Shown here one piece after another: positions 35,901 to 48,680 of a DNA stretch of 64,000 nucleotides (its first letter is position 1; every line of letters begins with the position of its first letter). The translations under genes and the position numbers were made by a program. This stretch comes from Dendrobates tinctorius (Eukaryota), in the NCBI RefSeq assembly GCF_039654945.1, contig NW_027362112.1:558001-622000 (forward strand), in the 5' to 3' direction. Under the pieces are notes generated by a model, which worked only from the letters and a program-made list of their open reading frames with translations, did not search any database and had not been told where the DNA came from.

Positions 35901-38900
35901 GCAGCACTGCCTCTCACATGGGGGTACTACAGCACCATACAGGGGGGCAGCGCTGCCTCTCACACGGGGGTACTACAGCACCATACAAGGGGGCAGCGCT
36001 GCCTCTCACATGGGGGTACTACAGCACCATACAGGGGGGCAGCCCTGCCTCTCACACGGGGGTACTACAGCACCATACAAGGGGGCAGCCCTGCCTCTCA
36101 CACGGGGGTACTACAGCACCATACAAGGGGGCAGCGCTGCCTCTCACATGGGGGTACTACAGCACCATACAGGGGGCAGCACTGCCTCTCACATGGGGGT
36201 ACTACAGCACCATACAGGGGGGCAGCGCTGCCTCTCACACGGGGGTACTACAGCACCATACAAGGGGGCAGCGCTGCCTCTCACATGGGGGTACTACAGC
36301 ACCATACAGGGGGCAGCACTGCCTCTCACATGGGGGTACTACAGCACCATACAGAGGGCAGCGCTGCCTCTCACACGGGGGTACTACAGCACCATACAAG
36401 GGGCAGCACTGCCTCTCACATGGGGGTACTACAGCACCATACAGGGGGCAGCACTGCCTCTCACATGGGGGTACTACAGCACCATACAGGGGGCAGCGCT
36501 GCCTCTCACACGGGGGTACTACAGCACCATACAGGGGGCAGCGCTGCCTCTCACATGGGGGTACTACAGCACCATACAAGGGGGCAGCACTGCCTCTCAC
36601 ATGGGGGTACTACAGCACCATACAGGGGGGCAGCGCTGCCTCTCACACGGGGGTACTACAGCACCATACAAGGGGGCAGCGCTGCCTCTCACATGGGGGT
36701 ACTACAGCACCATACAGGGGGCAGCACTGCCTCTCACATGGGGGTACTACAGCACCATACAGGGGGCAGCACTGCCTCTAACACGGGGGTACTACAGCAC
36801 CATACAGGGGGCAGCACTGCCTCTCACATGGGGGTACTACAGCACCATACAGGGGGCAGCACTGCCTCTCACATGGGGGTACTACAGCACCATACAGGGG
36901 GCAGCACTGCCTCTCACATGGGGGTACTACAGCACCATACAGGGGGCAGCGCTGCCTCTCACACGGGGGTACTACAGCACCATACAGGGGGCAGCGCTGC
37001 CTCTCACATGGGGGTACTACAGCACCATACAGGGGGCAGCACTGCCTCTCACACGGGGGTACTACAGCACCATACAGGGGGCAGCGCTGCCACTCACATG
37101 GGGGTACTACAGCACCATACAGGGGGCAGCACTGCCTCTCACATGGGGGTACTACAGCACCATACAGGGGGGCAGCGCTGCCTCTCACACGGGGGTACTA
37201 CAGCACCATACAAGGGGGCAGCGCTGCCTCTCACATGGGGGTACTACAGCACCATACAGGGGGCAGCACTGCCTCTCACATGGGGGTACTACAGCACCAT
37301 ACAGGGGGGCAGCGCTGCCTCTCACATGGGGGTACTACAGCACCATACAGGGGGGCAGCGCTGCCTCTCACACGGGGGTACTACAGCACCATACAGGGGG
37401 CAGCACTGCCTCTCACATGGGGGTACTACAGCACCATACAAGGGGCAGCACTGCCTCTAACACGGGGGTACTACAGCACCATACAGGGGGCAGCACTGCC
37501 TCTCACATGGGGGTACTACAGCACCATACAGGGGGGCAGCGCTGCCTCTCACATGGGGGTACTACAGCACCATACAGGGGGGCAGCGCTGCCTCTCACAC
37601 GGGGGTACTACAGCACCATACAGGGGGCAGCACTGCCTCTCACATGGGGGTACTACAGCACCATACAGGGGGCAGCACTGCCTCTAACACGGGGGTACTA
37701 CAGCACCATACAGGGGGCAGCACTGCCTCTCACATGGGGGTACTACAGCACCATACAGGGGGCAGCGCTGCCTCTCACACGGGGGTACTACAGCACCATA
37801 CAAGGGGCAGCACTGCCTCTAACACGGGGGTACTACAGCACCATACAGGGGGCAGCACTGCCTCTCACATGGGGGTACTACAGCACCATACAGGGGGGCA
37901 GCGCTGCCTCTCACATGGGGGTACTACAGCACCATACAGGGGGGCAGCGCTGCCTCTCACACGGGGGTACTACAGCACCATACAGGGGGCAGCACTGCCT
38001 CTCACATGGGGGTACTACAGCACCATACAGGGGGCAGCACTGCCTCTAACACGGGGGTACTACAGCACCATACAGGGGGCAGCACTGCCTCTCACATGGG
38101 GGTACTACAGCACCATACAGGGGGCAGCGCTGCCTCTCACACGGGGGTACTACAGCACCATACAGGGGGCAGCGCTGCCTCTCACATGGGGGTACTACAG
38201 CACCATACAGGAGGCAGCGCTGCCTCTCACACGGGGGTACTACAGCACCATACAGGGGGCAGCACTGCCTCTCACACGGGGGTACTACAGCACCATACAG
38301 GGGGCAGCGCTGCCTCTCACACGGGGGTACTACAGCACCATACAGGGGGCAGCACTGCCTCTCACATGGGGGTACTACAGCACCATACAGGGGGGCAGCA
38401 CTGCCTCTCACACGGGGGTACTACAGCACCATACAGGGGGCAGCGCTGCCTCTCACACGGGGGTACTACAGCACCATACAGGGGGCAGCACTGCCTCTCA
38501 CACGGGGGTACTACAGCACCATACAGGGGGCAGCGCTGCCTCTCACACGGGGGTACTACAGCACCATACAGGGGGCAGCACTGCCTCTCACATGGGGGTA
38601 CTACAGCACCATACAGGGGGCAGCGCTGCCTCTCACACGGGGGGTACTACAGCACCATACAGGGGGCAGCACTGCCTCTCACATGGGGGTACTACAGCAC
38701 CATACAGGAGGCAGCACTGCCTCTCACACGGGGGTACTACAGCACCATACAGGGGGCAGCGCTGCCTCTCACACGGGGGTACTACAGCACCATACAGGGG
38801 GCAGCACTGCCTCTCACATGGGGGTACTACAGCACCATACAGGGGGCAGCGCTGCCTCTCACACGGGGGGTACTACAGCACCATACAGGGGGGCAGCGCT

Positions 38901-38985
38901 GCCTCTCACACGGGGGTACTACAGCACCATACAGGGGGCAGCGCTGCCTCTCACACGGGGGTACTACAGCACCATACAGGGGGGA
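32918..38985. repeat. 45/46-bp minisatellite (gggggtactacagcaccatacagggggcagcgctgcctctcacat)n, about 130 copies, filling CCDC113 intron 2
   Basis: Read directly; very homogeneous. Confidence 0.97.
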
Positions 38986-39008
38986 GTAGTGAACCTTTAG
39001 GGCTGTAC

Positions 39009-39135
39009 CTGGCTGAAGTCCAGCAGGGATCCGGTGGTGTCGGACTGGGCCGAGGGGTTCAGCTCCTTGTGATCCAAGCGCTTATAGAACTTTTCAAACA
39101 TGTCTGTCTCAGCTTTGAGCGTGGAGAGAAGAAGG
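39009..39135 (-). CDS. CCDC113: CCDC113 exon 2
   Basis: LLLSTLKAETDMFEKFYKRLDHKEL...DFSQ. 127 nt, phases 2/0, GT-AG. Confidence 0.92.
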
Positions 39136-40480
39136 CTGCAAAAGAAAGAAGTCTGCCATATAGGGGGGACGTGAAGGGGCCGGATAGAGGGGTGGGCTAA
39201 GGAGGAGAAAAGACGGAGAGATTAGGACGGGTGTAGGAAGTGGTAGTATACGGCGAGAGACACGGAGCAGGGATTGTGTGCCCCGATACATGTATATATG
39301 TGACTTGTACCGGACAGTATATAGGACGTGTGCACACACATTATATTATATACTGTATATATAGGGGGTGCAGATATATATAGGGGGTGCAGATATATAT
39401 AGGGGGTGCAGATATATATAGGGGGTGCAGATATATATAGGGTGCAGATATATGTATATAGGGTGCAGATATATATATAGGGGTGCACATATATAGGGGG
39501 AGTGCAGATATATATAGGGGAGTGCAGATATATATATCTAGGGGTGCAGATATATATAGGGGGAGTGTAGATATACGGGGTGCACATATATATAGGGGGA
39601 GTACAGATATATATAGGGGGAGTACAGATATATATAGGGGGAGTGCAGATATATATAGGGGGAGTGCAGATATATATAGGGGGAGTGCAGATATATATAG
39701 GGGGAGTGCAGATATATATATACGGGGTGCAGATATATATATACGGGGTGCAGATATATATATACGGGGTGCAGATATATATATACGGGGTGCAGATATA
39801 TATATACGGGGTGCAGATATATATACGGGAGTGCAGATATATATACGGGGGTGCAGATATATATACGGGGGTGCAGATATATATACGGGGGTGCAGATAT
39901 ATATACGGGGGTGCAGATATATATACGGGGGTGCAGATATATATATATATAGGAGTGCAGATATATATACGGGGTGCAGATATATATACGGGGGTGCAGA
40001 TATATATGGGGGTGCAGATATATATGGGGGTGCAGATATATATGGGGGTGCAGATATATATATATAGGAGTGCAGATATATATACGGGGTGCAGATATAT
40101 ATACGGGGTGCAGATATATATACGGGGGTGCAGATATATATACCGGGGTGCAGATATATATACCGGGGTGCAGATATATATACCGGGGTGCAGATATATA
40201 TACCGGGGTGCAGATATATATACCGGGGTGCAGATATATATACCGGGGTGCAGATATATATACCGGGGTGCAGATATATATACCGGGGTGCAGATATATA
40301 TAGGGGGTGCAGATATATATAGGGGGGTGCAGATATATATAGGGGGTGCAGATATATATACGGGGTGCAGATATATATACGGGGGTGCAGATATATATAC
40401 GGGGGTGCAGATATATATAGGGGAGTGGGGGTGCAGATATATATACGGGGGTGCAGATATATATAGGGGAGTGCAGATAT

Positions 40481-41391
40481 AATAATAATAATAATAATAA
40501 TAATAAATGTTATTTTTATAGCGCTGACATATTCCGCAGCACTTTACATTTCAGAGGGGACTTGTACAGACAATAGACATTACAGCATAACAATAATCAC
40601 ATAGATTATAACAAATACCAAGAGGAGTGAGGGCCCTGCTCGCAAGCTTACAGTCTATGAGGAAAGAGGGAGACACGAAAGGTGGGTGGTAACAGTTGCC
40701 CTGATTGTATGGACCAGCCATAATGTTAAGTGTGTAACAGTACAGACACAGAGGGCTAATGGATGCATAAAGCATGTGGGAACATGATGCTGGGAACCTG
40801 GTTATGGTAAAACTTTTGGCTCTGCCACACAGGGATAGGTTAGGTTAATGTGTTGAGGCGATAGGCCAGTCTGAATAAATGCGTTTTCAGGACACGCTTA
40901 AAATTGTGGGGATTGGGGACTAATCGTATTGACCTGGGAAGTGCATTCCAAAGAATTGGCGCAGCACGTGTAAAGTCTTGGAGACGGGAGTGGGAGGTTC
41001 TGATTATTGAGGATGCTAACCTCAGGTCATCAGCAGAACGGAGGGCGCGGGTAGGGTGGTATACTGAAACAAGGGAGGAGCTGTAGGGTGGTGCTGAGCC
41101 ATGGAGGGCTTTGTGGGTGAGGGTAATAAGTTTATACTGAATTCTGGAGTGGATGGGTAGCCAGTGTAATGACTGGCACAAGGTAGAGGCATCGGTGTAA
41201 CGATTGGTGAGGAATATGATCCTGGCTGCAGCATTCAAGACAGATTGGAGAGGGGAGAGTTTGGTAAGAGGGAGACCGATCAGAAGAGAGTTACAATAGT
41301 CCAGACGAGAATGAATAAGAGAAACAGTAAGAGTTTTTGCAGAGTCAAAAGTAAGAAAAGGTCGAATTCTAGAAATGTTTTTGAGGTGCAG
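40481..41391 (-). mobile_element. L2-clade LINE, 3' fragment (ORF2 C-terminus, 3'UTR, (TTA)n tail)
   Basis: NISRIRPFL...IHSRLDYCNSLLIGLP...LQSVLNAAAR...LHWLP...LWNALP...FKRVLKTHLF is the typical L2 ORF2 end. (aat)n on + strand at 40481-40506. Confidence 0.9.
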
Positions 41392-41897
41392 AATATAGGG
41401 GGTGTAGATATATATACGGGGTGCAGATATATATAGGGGGAGTGCAGATATATATAGGGGGAGTGCAGATATATATAGGGGGAGTGCAGATATATATGGG
41501 GGAGTGCAGATATATATAGGGGGAGTGCAGATATATATAGGGGGAGTGCAGATATATATAGGGGGAGTGCAGATATATATATAGGGGGAGTGCAGATATA
41601 TATAGGGGGAGTGCAGATATATATAGGGGGAGTGCAGATATATATAGGGGGAGTGTAGATATATATAGGGGGGGTGTAGATATATATAGGGGGTGCAGAT
41701 ATATATACACGGGGTGCAGATATATATAGGGGGTGCAGATATATATAGGGGTGCAGATATATATAGGGGGTGTAGATATATATACGGGGTGCAGATATAT
41801 ATAGGGTGTGTAGATATATATAGGGGGTGTAGATATATATAGGGGGTGTAGATATATATATACAGGGTGCAGATATATATAGGGGAGTGTAGATATA

Positions 41898-43118
41898 CAC
41901 TCACTGGCCACTTTATTAGGTACACCTGTCCAACTGTGTGTTAAGACTTAATTTCTAATCAGCCAATCACATGGCGGCAACTCAGTGCATTTAGGCATGT
42001 AGACATGGTCAAGACAATCTCCTGCAGTTCAAACCGAGCATCAGTATGGGGAAGAAAGGTGACTTGAGTGCCTTTGAACGTGGCATGATTGTTGGTGCCA
42101 GAAGGGCTGGTCTGAGAATTTCAGAAACTGCTGATCTACTGGGATTTTCACGCACAACCATCTCTAGGGTTTACAGAGAATGGTCCGAAAAAGAAAAAAA
42201 ATCCAGTGAGCGGCAGTTCTGTGGCCGGAAATGCCATGTTGATGCCAGAGGTCAGAGGAGAATGGGCAGACTGGTTCGAGCTGATAGAAAGGCAACAGTG
42301 ACTCAAATTGCCACCCGTTACAACCAAGGTAGGCAGAAGAGCATCTCTGAACGCACAGTGCGTCGAACTTTGAGGCAGATGGGCTACAGCAGCAGAAGAC
42401 CACACTGGGTACCACTCCTCTCAGCTAAGAACAGGAAACTGAGGCTACAATTTGCACAAGCTCATCGAAATTGGACAGTAGAAGATTGGAAAAACGTTGC
42501 CTGGTCTGATGAGTCTCGATTTCTGCTGCGACATTCGGATGGTAGGGTCAGAATTTGGCGTAAACAACATGAAAGCATGGATCCATCCTGCCTTGTATCA
42601 ACGGTTCAGGCTGGTGGTGGTGGTGTCATGGTGTGGGGAATTTTTTCTGGGCACTCTTTGGGCCCCTTGGTACCAATTGAGCATCGTTGCAATGCCACAG
42701 CCTACCTGAGTATTGTTGCTGACCATGTCCATCCCTTTATGACCACAATGTACCCAACATCTGATGGCTACTTTCAGCAGGATAATGCGCCATGTCATAA
42801 AGCTCGAATCATCTCAGATTGGTTTCTTGAACATGACAATGAGTTCACTGTACTCAAATGGCCTCCTCAGTCACCAGATCTCAATCCAATAGAGCATCTT
42901 TGGGATGTGGTGGAACGGGAGATTCGCATCAGGGATGTGCAGCCGACAAATCTGCGCCAACTGTGTGATGCCATCATGTCAATATGGTCCAAAATCTCTG
43001 AGGAATGCTTCCAGCACCTTGTTGAATCTCTGCCATGAAGAATTGAGGCAGTTCTGAAGGCAAAAGGGGGTCCGACCCCTTACTAGCATGGTGTACCTAA
43101 TAAAGTGGCCAGTGAGTG
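41898..43118 (+). mobile_element. Tc1/mariner DD36E (Incomer-type) transposon, 1221 bp, identical 29-bp TIRs, TA target duplication
   Basis: TIR cactcactggccactttattaggtacacc at 41898-41926 and 43090-43118, TA on both sides. Confidence 0.93.
42046..43038 (+). CDS. DD36E Tc1 transposase, 330 aa, prematurely stopped 16 codons before the natural end (346 aa, to 43086)
   Basis: HTH N-terminus, [21 protein letters not shown] with 36 residues between D2 and E. The TGA is followed in frame by RIEAVLKAKGGPTPY*. Confidence 0.9.
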   Translation: MGKKGDLSAFERGMIVGARRAGLRISETADLLGFSRTTISRVYREWSEKEKKSSERQFCGRKCHVDARGQRRMGRLVRADRKATVTQIATRYNQGRQKSISERTVRRTLRQMGYSSRRPHWVPLLSAKNRKLRLQFAQAHRNWTVEDWKNVAWSDESRFLLRHSDGRVRIWRKQHESMDPSCLVSTVQAGGGGVMVWGIFSGHSLGPLVPIEHRCNATAYLSIVADHVHPFMTTMYPTSDGYFQQDNAPCHKARIISDWFLEHDNEFTVLKWPPQSPDLNPIEHLWDVVEREIRIRDVQPTNLRQLCDAIMSIWSKISEECFQHLVESLP

Positions 43119-44968
43119 TATATATAGGGGGTGTAGATATATATATAGGGTGTGTAGATATATATAGGGGGTGTAGATATATATAGGGGGTGTAGATATA
43201 TATATATATAGGGGGTGTAGATATATATAGGGGGTGTAGATATATAGGGGTGCACATATATAGGGGGTGTAGATATATATAGGGGTAGTGCAGATATATA
43301 GGGGGTGTAGAGATATATATATATAGGGGGTGCAGATATATATGTAGGGGGTGCAGATATATATGTAGGGGGTGCAGATATATATGTAGGGGTGTAGATA
43401 TATATATATAGGGGGTGTAGATATATATGTAGGGGGTGCAGATATATATGTAGGGGGTGTAGATATATATATATATATATATAGGGGGTGCAGATATATA
43501 TGTAGGGGGTGCAGATATATATGTAGGGGGTGCAGATATATATGTAGGGGGTGTAGATATATATATAGGGGGTGTAGATATATATGTAGGGGGTGCAGAT
43601 ATATATGTAGGGGGTGTAGATATATATATATATATAGGGGGTGCAGATATATATGTAGGGGGTGCAGATATATATATAGGGGTGCAGATATATATGTAGG
43701 GGGTGTAGATATATATATAGGGGGTGCAGATATATATGTAGGGGGTGCAGATATATATGTAGGGGGTGCAGATATATATATATAGGGGTGCAGATATATA
43801 TATAGGGGGTGTATATATATATATATATATATAGGGGGTGCAGATATATATGTAGGGGGTGCAGATATATATATATATAGGGGTGCAGATATATATGTAG
43901 GGGGTGTAGATATATATATGTAGGGGGTGCAGATATATATGTAGGGGGTGCAGATATATATGTAGGGGGTGCAGATATATATATAGGGGTGCAGATATAT
44001 ATGTAGGGGGTGCAGATATATATAGGGGTGCAGATATATATGTAGGGGGTGTAGATATATATGTAGGGGGTGCAGATATATATATGTAGGGGGTGCATAT
44101 ATATATGTAGGGGGTGCAGATATATATATAGGGGTGCAGATATATATGTAGGGGGTGTAGATATATATGTAGGGGGTGCAGATATATATGTAGGGGGTGC
44201 AGATATATATACGGGGTGCAGATATATATGTAGGGGGTGTAGATATATATAGGGGGTGTAGATATATATGTAGGGGGTGCAGATATATATATAGGGGTGC
44301 AGATATATATGTAGGGGGTGTAGATATATATATAGGGGTGCAGATATATATGTAGGGGGTGTAGATATATATGTAGGGGGTGCAGATATATATATAGGGG
44401 TGCAGATATATATGTAGGGGGTGTAGATATATATATAGGCGTGCAGATATATATGTAGGGGGTGTAGATATATATGTAGGGGGTGTAGATATATATATAG
44501 GGGGTGTAGATATATATGTAGGGGTGTATATATATATATATAGGGGGTGTAGATATATATGTAGGGGGTGTAGATATATATATATAGGGGGTGTAGATAT
44601 ATATGTAGGGGGTGTAGCTATATATATATAGGGGGTGTAGATATATATGTAGGGGGTGTAGATATATATATATAGGGGGTGTAGATATATATGTAGGGGG
44701 TGTAGATATATATGTAGGGGGTGTAGATATATATATATATAGGGGGTGTAGATATATATGTAGGGGGTGTAGATATATATGTAGGGGTGCAGATATATAT
44801 ATATAGGGGGTGTAGATATATATAGGGGTGTAGATATATATAGGGGTGCAGATATATATATATATAGGGGTGCAGATATATATATATATAGGGATAGGGG
44901 GTGTAGATATATAGGGGTGCAGATATATAGGGGTGCAGATATATATATATATAGGGGGTGTAGATATA

Positions 44969-46574
44969 CAGTGGGGCAAAAAAGTATTTAGTCAGTCAGC
45001 AATAGTGCAAGTTCCACCACTTAAAAAGATGAGAGGCGTCTGTAATTTACATCATAGGTAGACCTCAACTATGGGAGACAAACTGAGAAAAAAAAATCCA
45101 GAAAATCACATTGTCTGGGTTTTTTTTCATTTTATTTGCATATTATGGTGGAAAATAAGTATTTGGTCAGAAACAAAATTTCATCTCAATACTTTGTGAT
45201 ATATCCTTTGTTGGCAATGACAGAGGTCAAACGTTTTCTGTAAGTCTTCACAAGGTTGCCACACACTGTTGTTGGTATGTTGGCCCATTCCTCCATGCAG
45301 ATCTCCTCTAGAGCAGTGATGTTTTTGGCTTTTCGCTTGGCAACACGGACTTTCAACTCCCTCCAAAGGTTTTCTATAGGGTTGAGATCTGGAGACTGGC
45401 TGGGCCACTCCAGGACCTTGAAATGCTTCTTACGAAGCCACTCCTTCGTTGCCCTGGCGCTGTGCTTTGGATCATTGTCATGTTGAAAGACCCAGCCACG
45501 TTTCATCTTCAATGCCCTTGCTGATGGAAGGAGGTTTGCACTCAAAATCTCACGATACATGGCCCCATTCATTCTTTCATGTACCCGGATCAGTCGTCCT
45601 GGCCCCTTTGCAGAGAAACAGCCCCAAAGCATGATGTTTCCACCACCATGCTTTACAGTAGGTATGGTGTTTGATGGATGCAACTCAGTATTCTTTTTCC
45701 TCCAAACACGACAAGTTGTGTTTCTACCAAACAGTTCCAGTTTGGTTTCATCAGACCATAGGACATTCTCCCAAAACTCCTCTGGATCATCCAAATGCTC
45801 TCTAGCAAACTTCAGACGGGCCCGGACATGTACAGGCTTAAGCAGTGGGACACGTCTGGCACTGCAGGATCTGAGTCCATGGTGGCGTAGTGTGTTACTT
45901 ATGGTAGGCCTTGTTACATAGGTCCCAGCTCTCTGCAGTTCATTCACTAGGTCCCCCCGCGTGGTTCTGGGATTTTTGCTCACCGTTCTTGTGATCATTC
46001 TGACCCCACGGGGTGGGATTTTGCGTGGAGCACCAGATCGAGGGAGATTATCAGTGGTCTTGTATGTCTTCCATTTTCTAATTATTGCTCCCACAGTTGA
46101 TTTCTTCACTCCAAGCTGGTTGGCTATTGCAGATTCAGTCTTCCCAGCCTGGTGCAGGGCTACAATTTTGTTTCTGGTGTCCTTTGACAGCTCTTTGGTC
46201 TTCACCATAGTGGAGTTTGGAGTCAGACTGTTTGAGGGTGTGCACAGGTGTCTTTTTATACTGATAACAAGTTTAAACAGGTGCCATTACTACAGGTAAT
46301 GAGTGGAGGAAAGAGGAGACTCTTAAAGAAGAAGTTACAGGTCTGTGAGAGCCAGAAATCTTGATTGCTTGTTTCTGACCAAATACTTATTTTCCACCAT
46401 AATATGCAAATAAAATGAAAAAAAAACAGACAATGTGATTTTCTGGATTTTTTTTCTCAGTTTGTCTCCCATAGTTGAGGTCTACCTATGATGTAAATTA
46501 CAGACGCCTCTCATCTTTTTAAGTGGTGGAACTTACACTATTGCTGACTGACTAAATACTTTTTTGCCCCACTG
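44969..46574 (-). mobile_element. Full-length Tc1 DD34E transposon of IR/DR type (ZB/Sleeping Beauty-like), 1606 bp, ~207-bp TIRs, TA target duplication
   Basis: TIRs at 44969-45176 and 46369-46574 begin cagtggggcaaaaaagtatttagtcag, with inner direct repeat aataagtatttggtcag. Confidence 0.95.
45186..46208 (-). CDS. Intact Tc1 transposase, 340 aa, DD34E
   Basis: Uninterrupted ORF: paired-like HTH, GAPRK linker, [22 protein letters not shown] (34-residue spacing), terminal KGYITKY. Confidence 0.95.
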   Translation of the reverse strand: MVKTKELSKDTRNKIVALHQAGKTESAIANQLGVKKSTVGAIIRKWKTYKTTDNLPRSGAPRKIPPRGVRMITRTVSKNPRTTRGDLVNELQRAGTYVTRPTISNTLRHHGLRSCSARRVPLLKPVHVRARLKFAREHLDDPEEFWENVLWSDETKLELFGRNTTCRVWRKKNTELHPSNTIPTVKHGGGNIMLWGCFSAKGPGRLIRVHERMNGAMYREILSANLLPSARALKMKRGWVFQHDNDPKHSARATKEWLRKKHFKVLEWPSQSPDLNPIENLWRELKVRVAKRKAKNITALEEICMEEWANIPTTVCGNLVKTYRKRLTSVIANKGYITKY

Positions 46575-47771
46575 TATATAGGGGTGCAGATATATATAGG
46601 GGTGCAGATATATATATATATATATATATAGGGGTGCAGATATATATAGGGGTGCAGATATATATATATAGGGGGTGCAGATATATATATAGGGGTGCAG
46701 ATATATATATATATAGGGGTGCAGATATATATAGGGGTGCAGAGATATATATAGGGGTGCAGATATATATATAGGGGTGCAGATATATATATAGGGGTGC
46801 AGATATATATATAGGGGTGTAGATATATAGGGGGGTGCAGATATATAGGGGGGTGCAGATATATATAGGGGGTGCAGATATATATAGGGGTGCAGATATA
46901 TATATAGGGGTGTAGATATATATAGGGGTGCAGATATATATATAGGGGGTGTAGATATATAGGGGGTGTAGATATATATAGGGGTGCAGATATATATAGG
47001 GGTGCAGATATATATATAGGGGGTGTAGATATATATAGGGGTGCAGATATATATATATAGGGGGTGTAGATATATATAGGGGTGCAGATATATATAGGGG
47101 TGCAGAGATATATAGGGGTGCAGAGATATATATAGGGGGTGCAGATATATATAGGGGGTGCAGATATATATAGGGGGTGCAGATATATATACGGGAGTGC
47201 AGATATATATACGGGAGTGCAGATATATATATATATAGGGGGTGTAGATATATATAGGGGTGCAGATATATATAGGGGTGCATATATATATATAGGGGTG
47301 TAGATATATATAGGGGTGTAGATATATATAGGGGTGCAGATATATATATATATATAGGGGGTGTAGATATATAGGGGGTGCAGATATATATAGGGGGGTG
47401 CAGATATATATATATAGGGGTGTAGATATATATAGGGGTGCAGATATATATATAGGGGGTGCAGATATATATAGGGGTGCAGATATATATAGGGGTGCAG
47501 ATATATATATGTAGGGGGTGTAGATATATATATATATATATAGGGGGTGTAGATATATATGTAGGGGGTGCAGATATATATAGGGGTGCAGATATATATA
47601 TAGGGGGTGCAGATATATATATGTAGGGGGTGTAGATATATATATATATAGGGGGTGTAGATATATATGTAGGGGGTGCAGATATATAGGGGTGCAGATA
47701 TATATAGGGGGTGCAGATATATAGGGGTGCAGATATATAGGGGTGCAGATATATATATATGTAGGGGGTGT

Positions 47772-47805
<34 letters not shown>

Positions 47806-47947
47806 GGTGTAGATATATATGTAGGGGGTGCAGATATATATAGGGGTGTAGATATATATAGGGGTGCAGATATATATATAGGGGGTGCAGATATATATAG
47901 GGGTGCAGATATATATAGGGGTGCAGATATATATATGTAGGGGGTGT

Positions 47948-47987
<40 letters not shown>

Positions 47988-48251
47988 GGTGTAGATATAT
48001 ATGTAGGGGGTGCAGATATATATAGGGGTGTAGATATATATAGGGGTGCAGATATATATATAGGGGGTGCAGATATATATAGGGGTGCAGATATATATAT
48101 AGGGGGTGCAGATATATATATGTAGGGGGTGTAGATATATATATATAGGGGGTGTAGATATATATGTAGGGGGTGCAGATATATAGGGGTGCAGATATAT
48201 ATAGGGGTGCAGATATATAGGGGTGCAGATATATATATATGTAGGGGGTGT

Positions 48252-48303
<52 letters not shown>

Positions 48304-48393
48304 GGTGTAGATATATATGTAGGGGGTGCAGATATATATATATAGGGGTGTAGATATATAGGGGGGTGCAGACATAGGCACAGGCCGCGGTAC

Positions 48394-48497
48394 CCGGTGT
48401 CCCGGAGCAGGCCCCGCACTTGCTCGCCGCTCAGCCCGCTCACGGTCGCCTCCTCCCCGGACTCCGTCCTCACACTCTCCGCGTCCGTCTCCGCCAT
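48394..48497 (-). CDS. CCDC113: CCDC113/CFAP263 exon 1
   Basis: [34 protein letters not shown](G). Kozak accATGG, phase-2 GT donor compatible with exon 2. The joined CDS is 381 aa. Confidence 0.85.
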
Positions 48498-48680
48498 GGT
48501 TGTCAGGCGGACCCTCCGCGTCTGACGCTCCAGGGAGACGAGTCACGTGACACCTGCTCCTCCCGCCCCCCCATCACAGCCCGGCCAGCACTGCGCTAAC
48601 CCCGCCCCGAGAGGCACCGATTTCCATACTAAACACCGCCCCCAACAGGAAGCAAAGTGTGTGTGGGGTGTGAGGGACAA
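48498..48680 (-). promoter_or_regulatory. CCDC113 proximal promoter: palindromic E-box GTCACGTGAC (48542-48551), GC boxes (~48562, ~48601), ETS-like CAGGAAG (~48646)
   Basis: Motifs seen directly in the only unique sequence upstream of the ATG. Confidence 0.55.

Larger units (their letters stand above)
39353..48372. repeat. (ggggg tgcaga (ta)n) compound mini/microsatellite filling CCDC113 intron 1, interrupted by three mobile elements
   Basis: ~20-bp unit with variable TA tract. Confidence 0.95.

Noticed and set aside
32738-39200. ORFs of up to 1677 aa
   Set aside because: The 45/46-bp unit lacks stops in all three + frames. Intronic and antisense to CCDC113.
40840-41925. 361-aa ORF fusing satellite-derived YIYLHP repeats to an L2 C-terminus
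   Set aside because: Chance read-through from Tc1 TIR and satellite into a truncated L2; no RT domain.
46533-48497. 654-aa ORF starting at the CCDC113 ATG
   Set aside because: Only the first 104 nt are exon. The rest is read-through past the GT donor into the intron 1 satellite.
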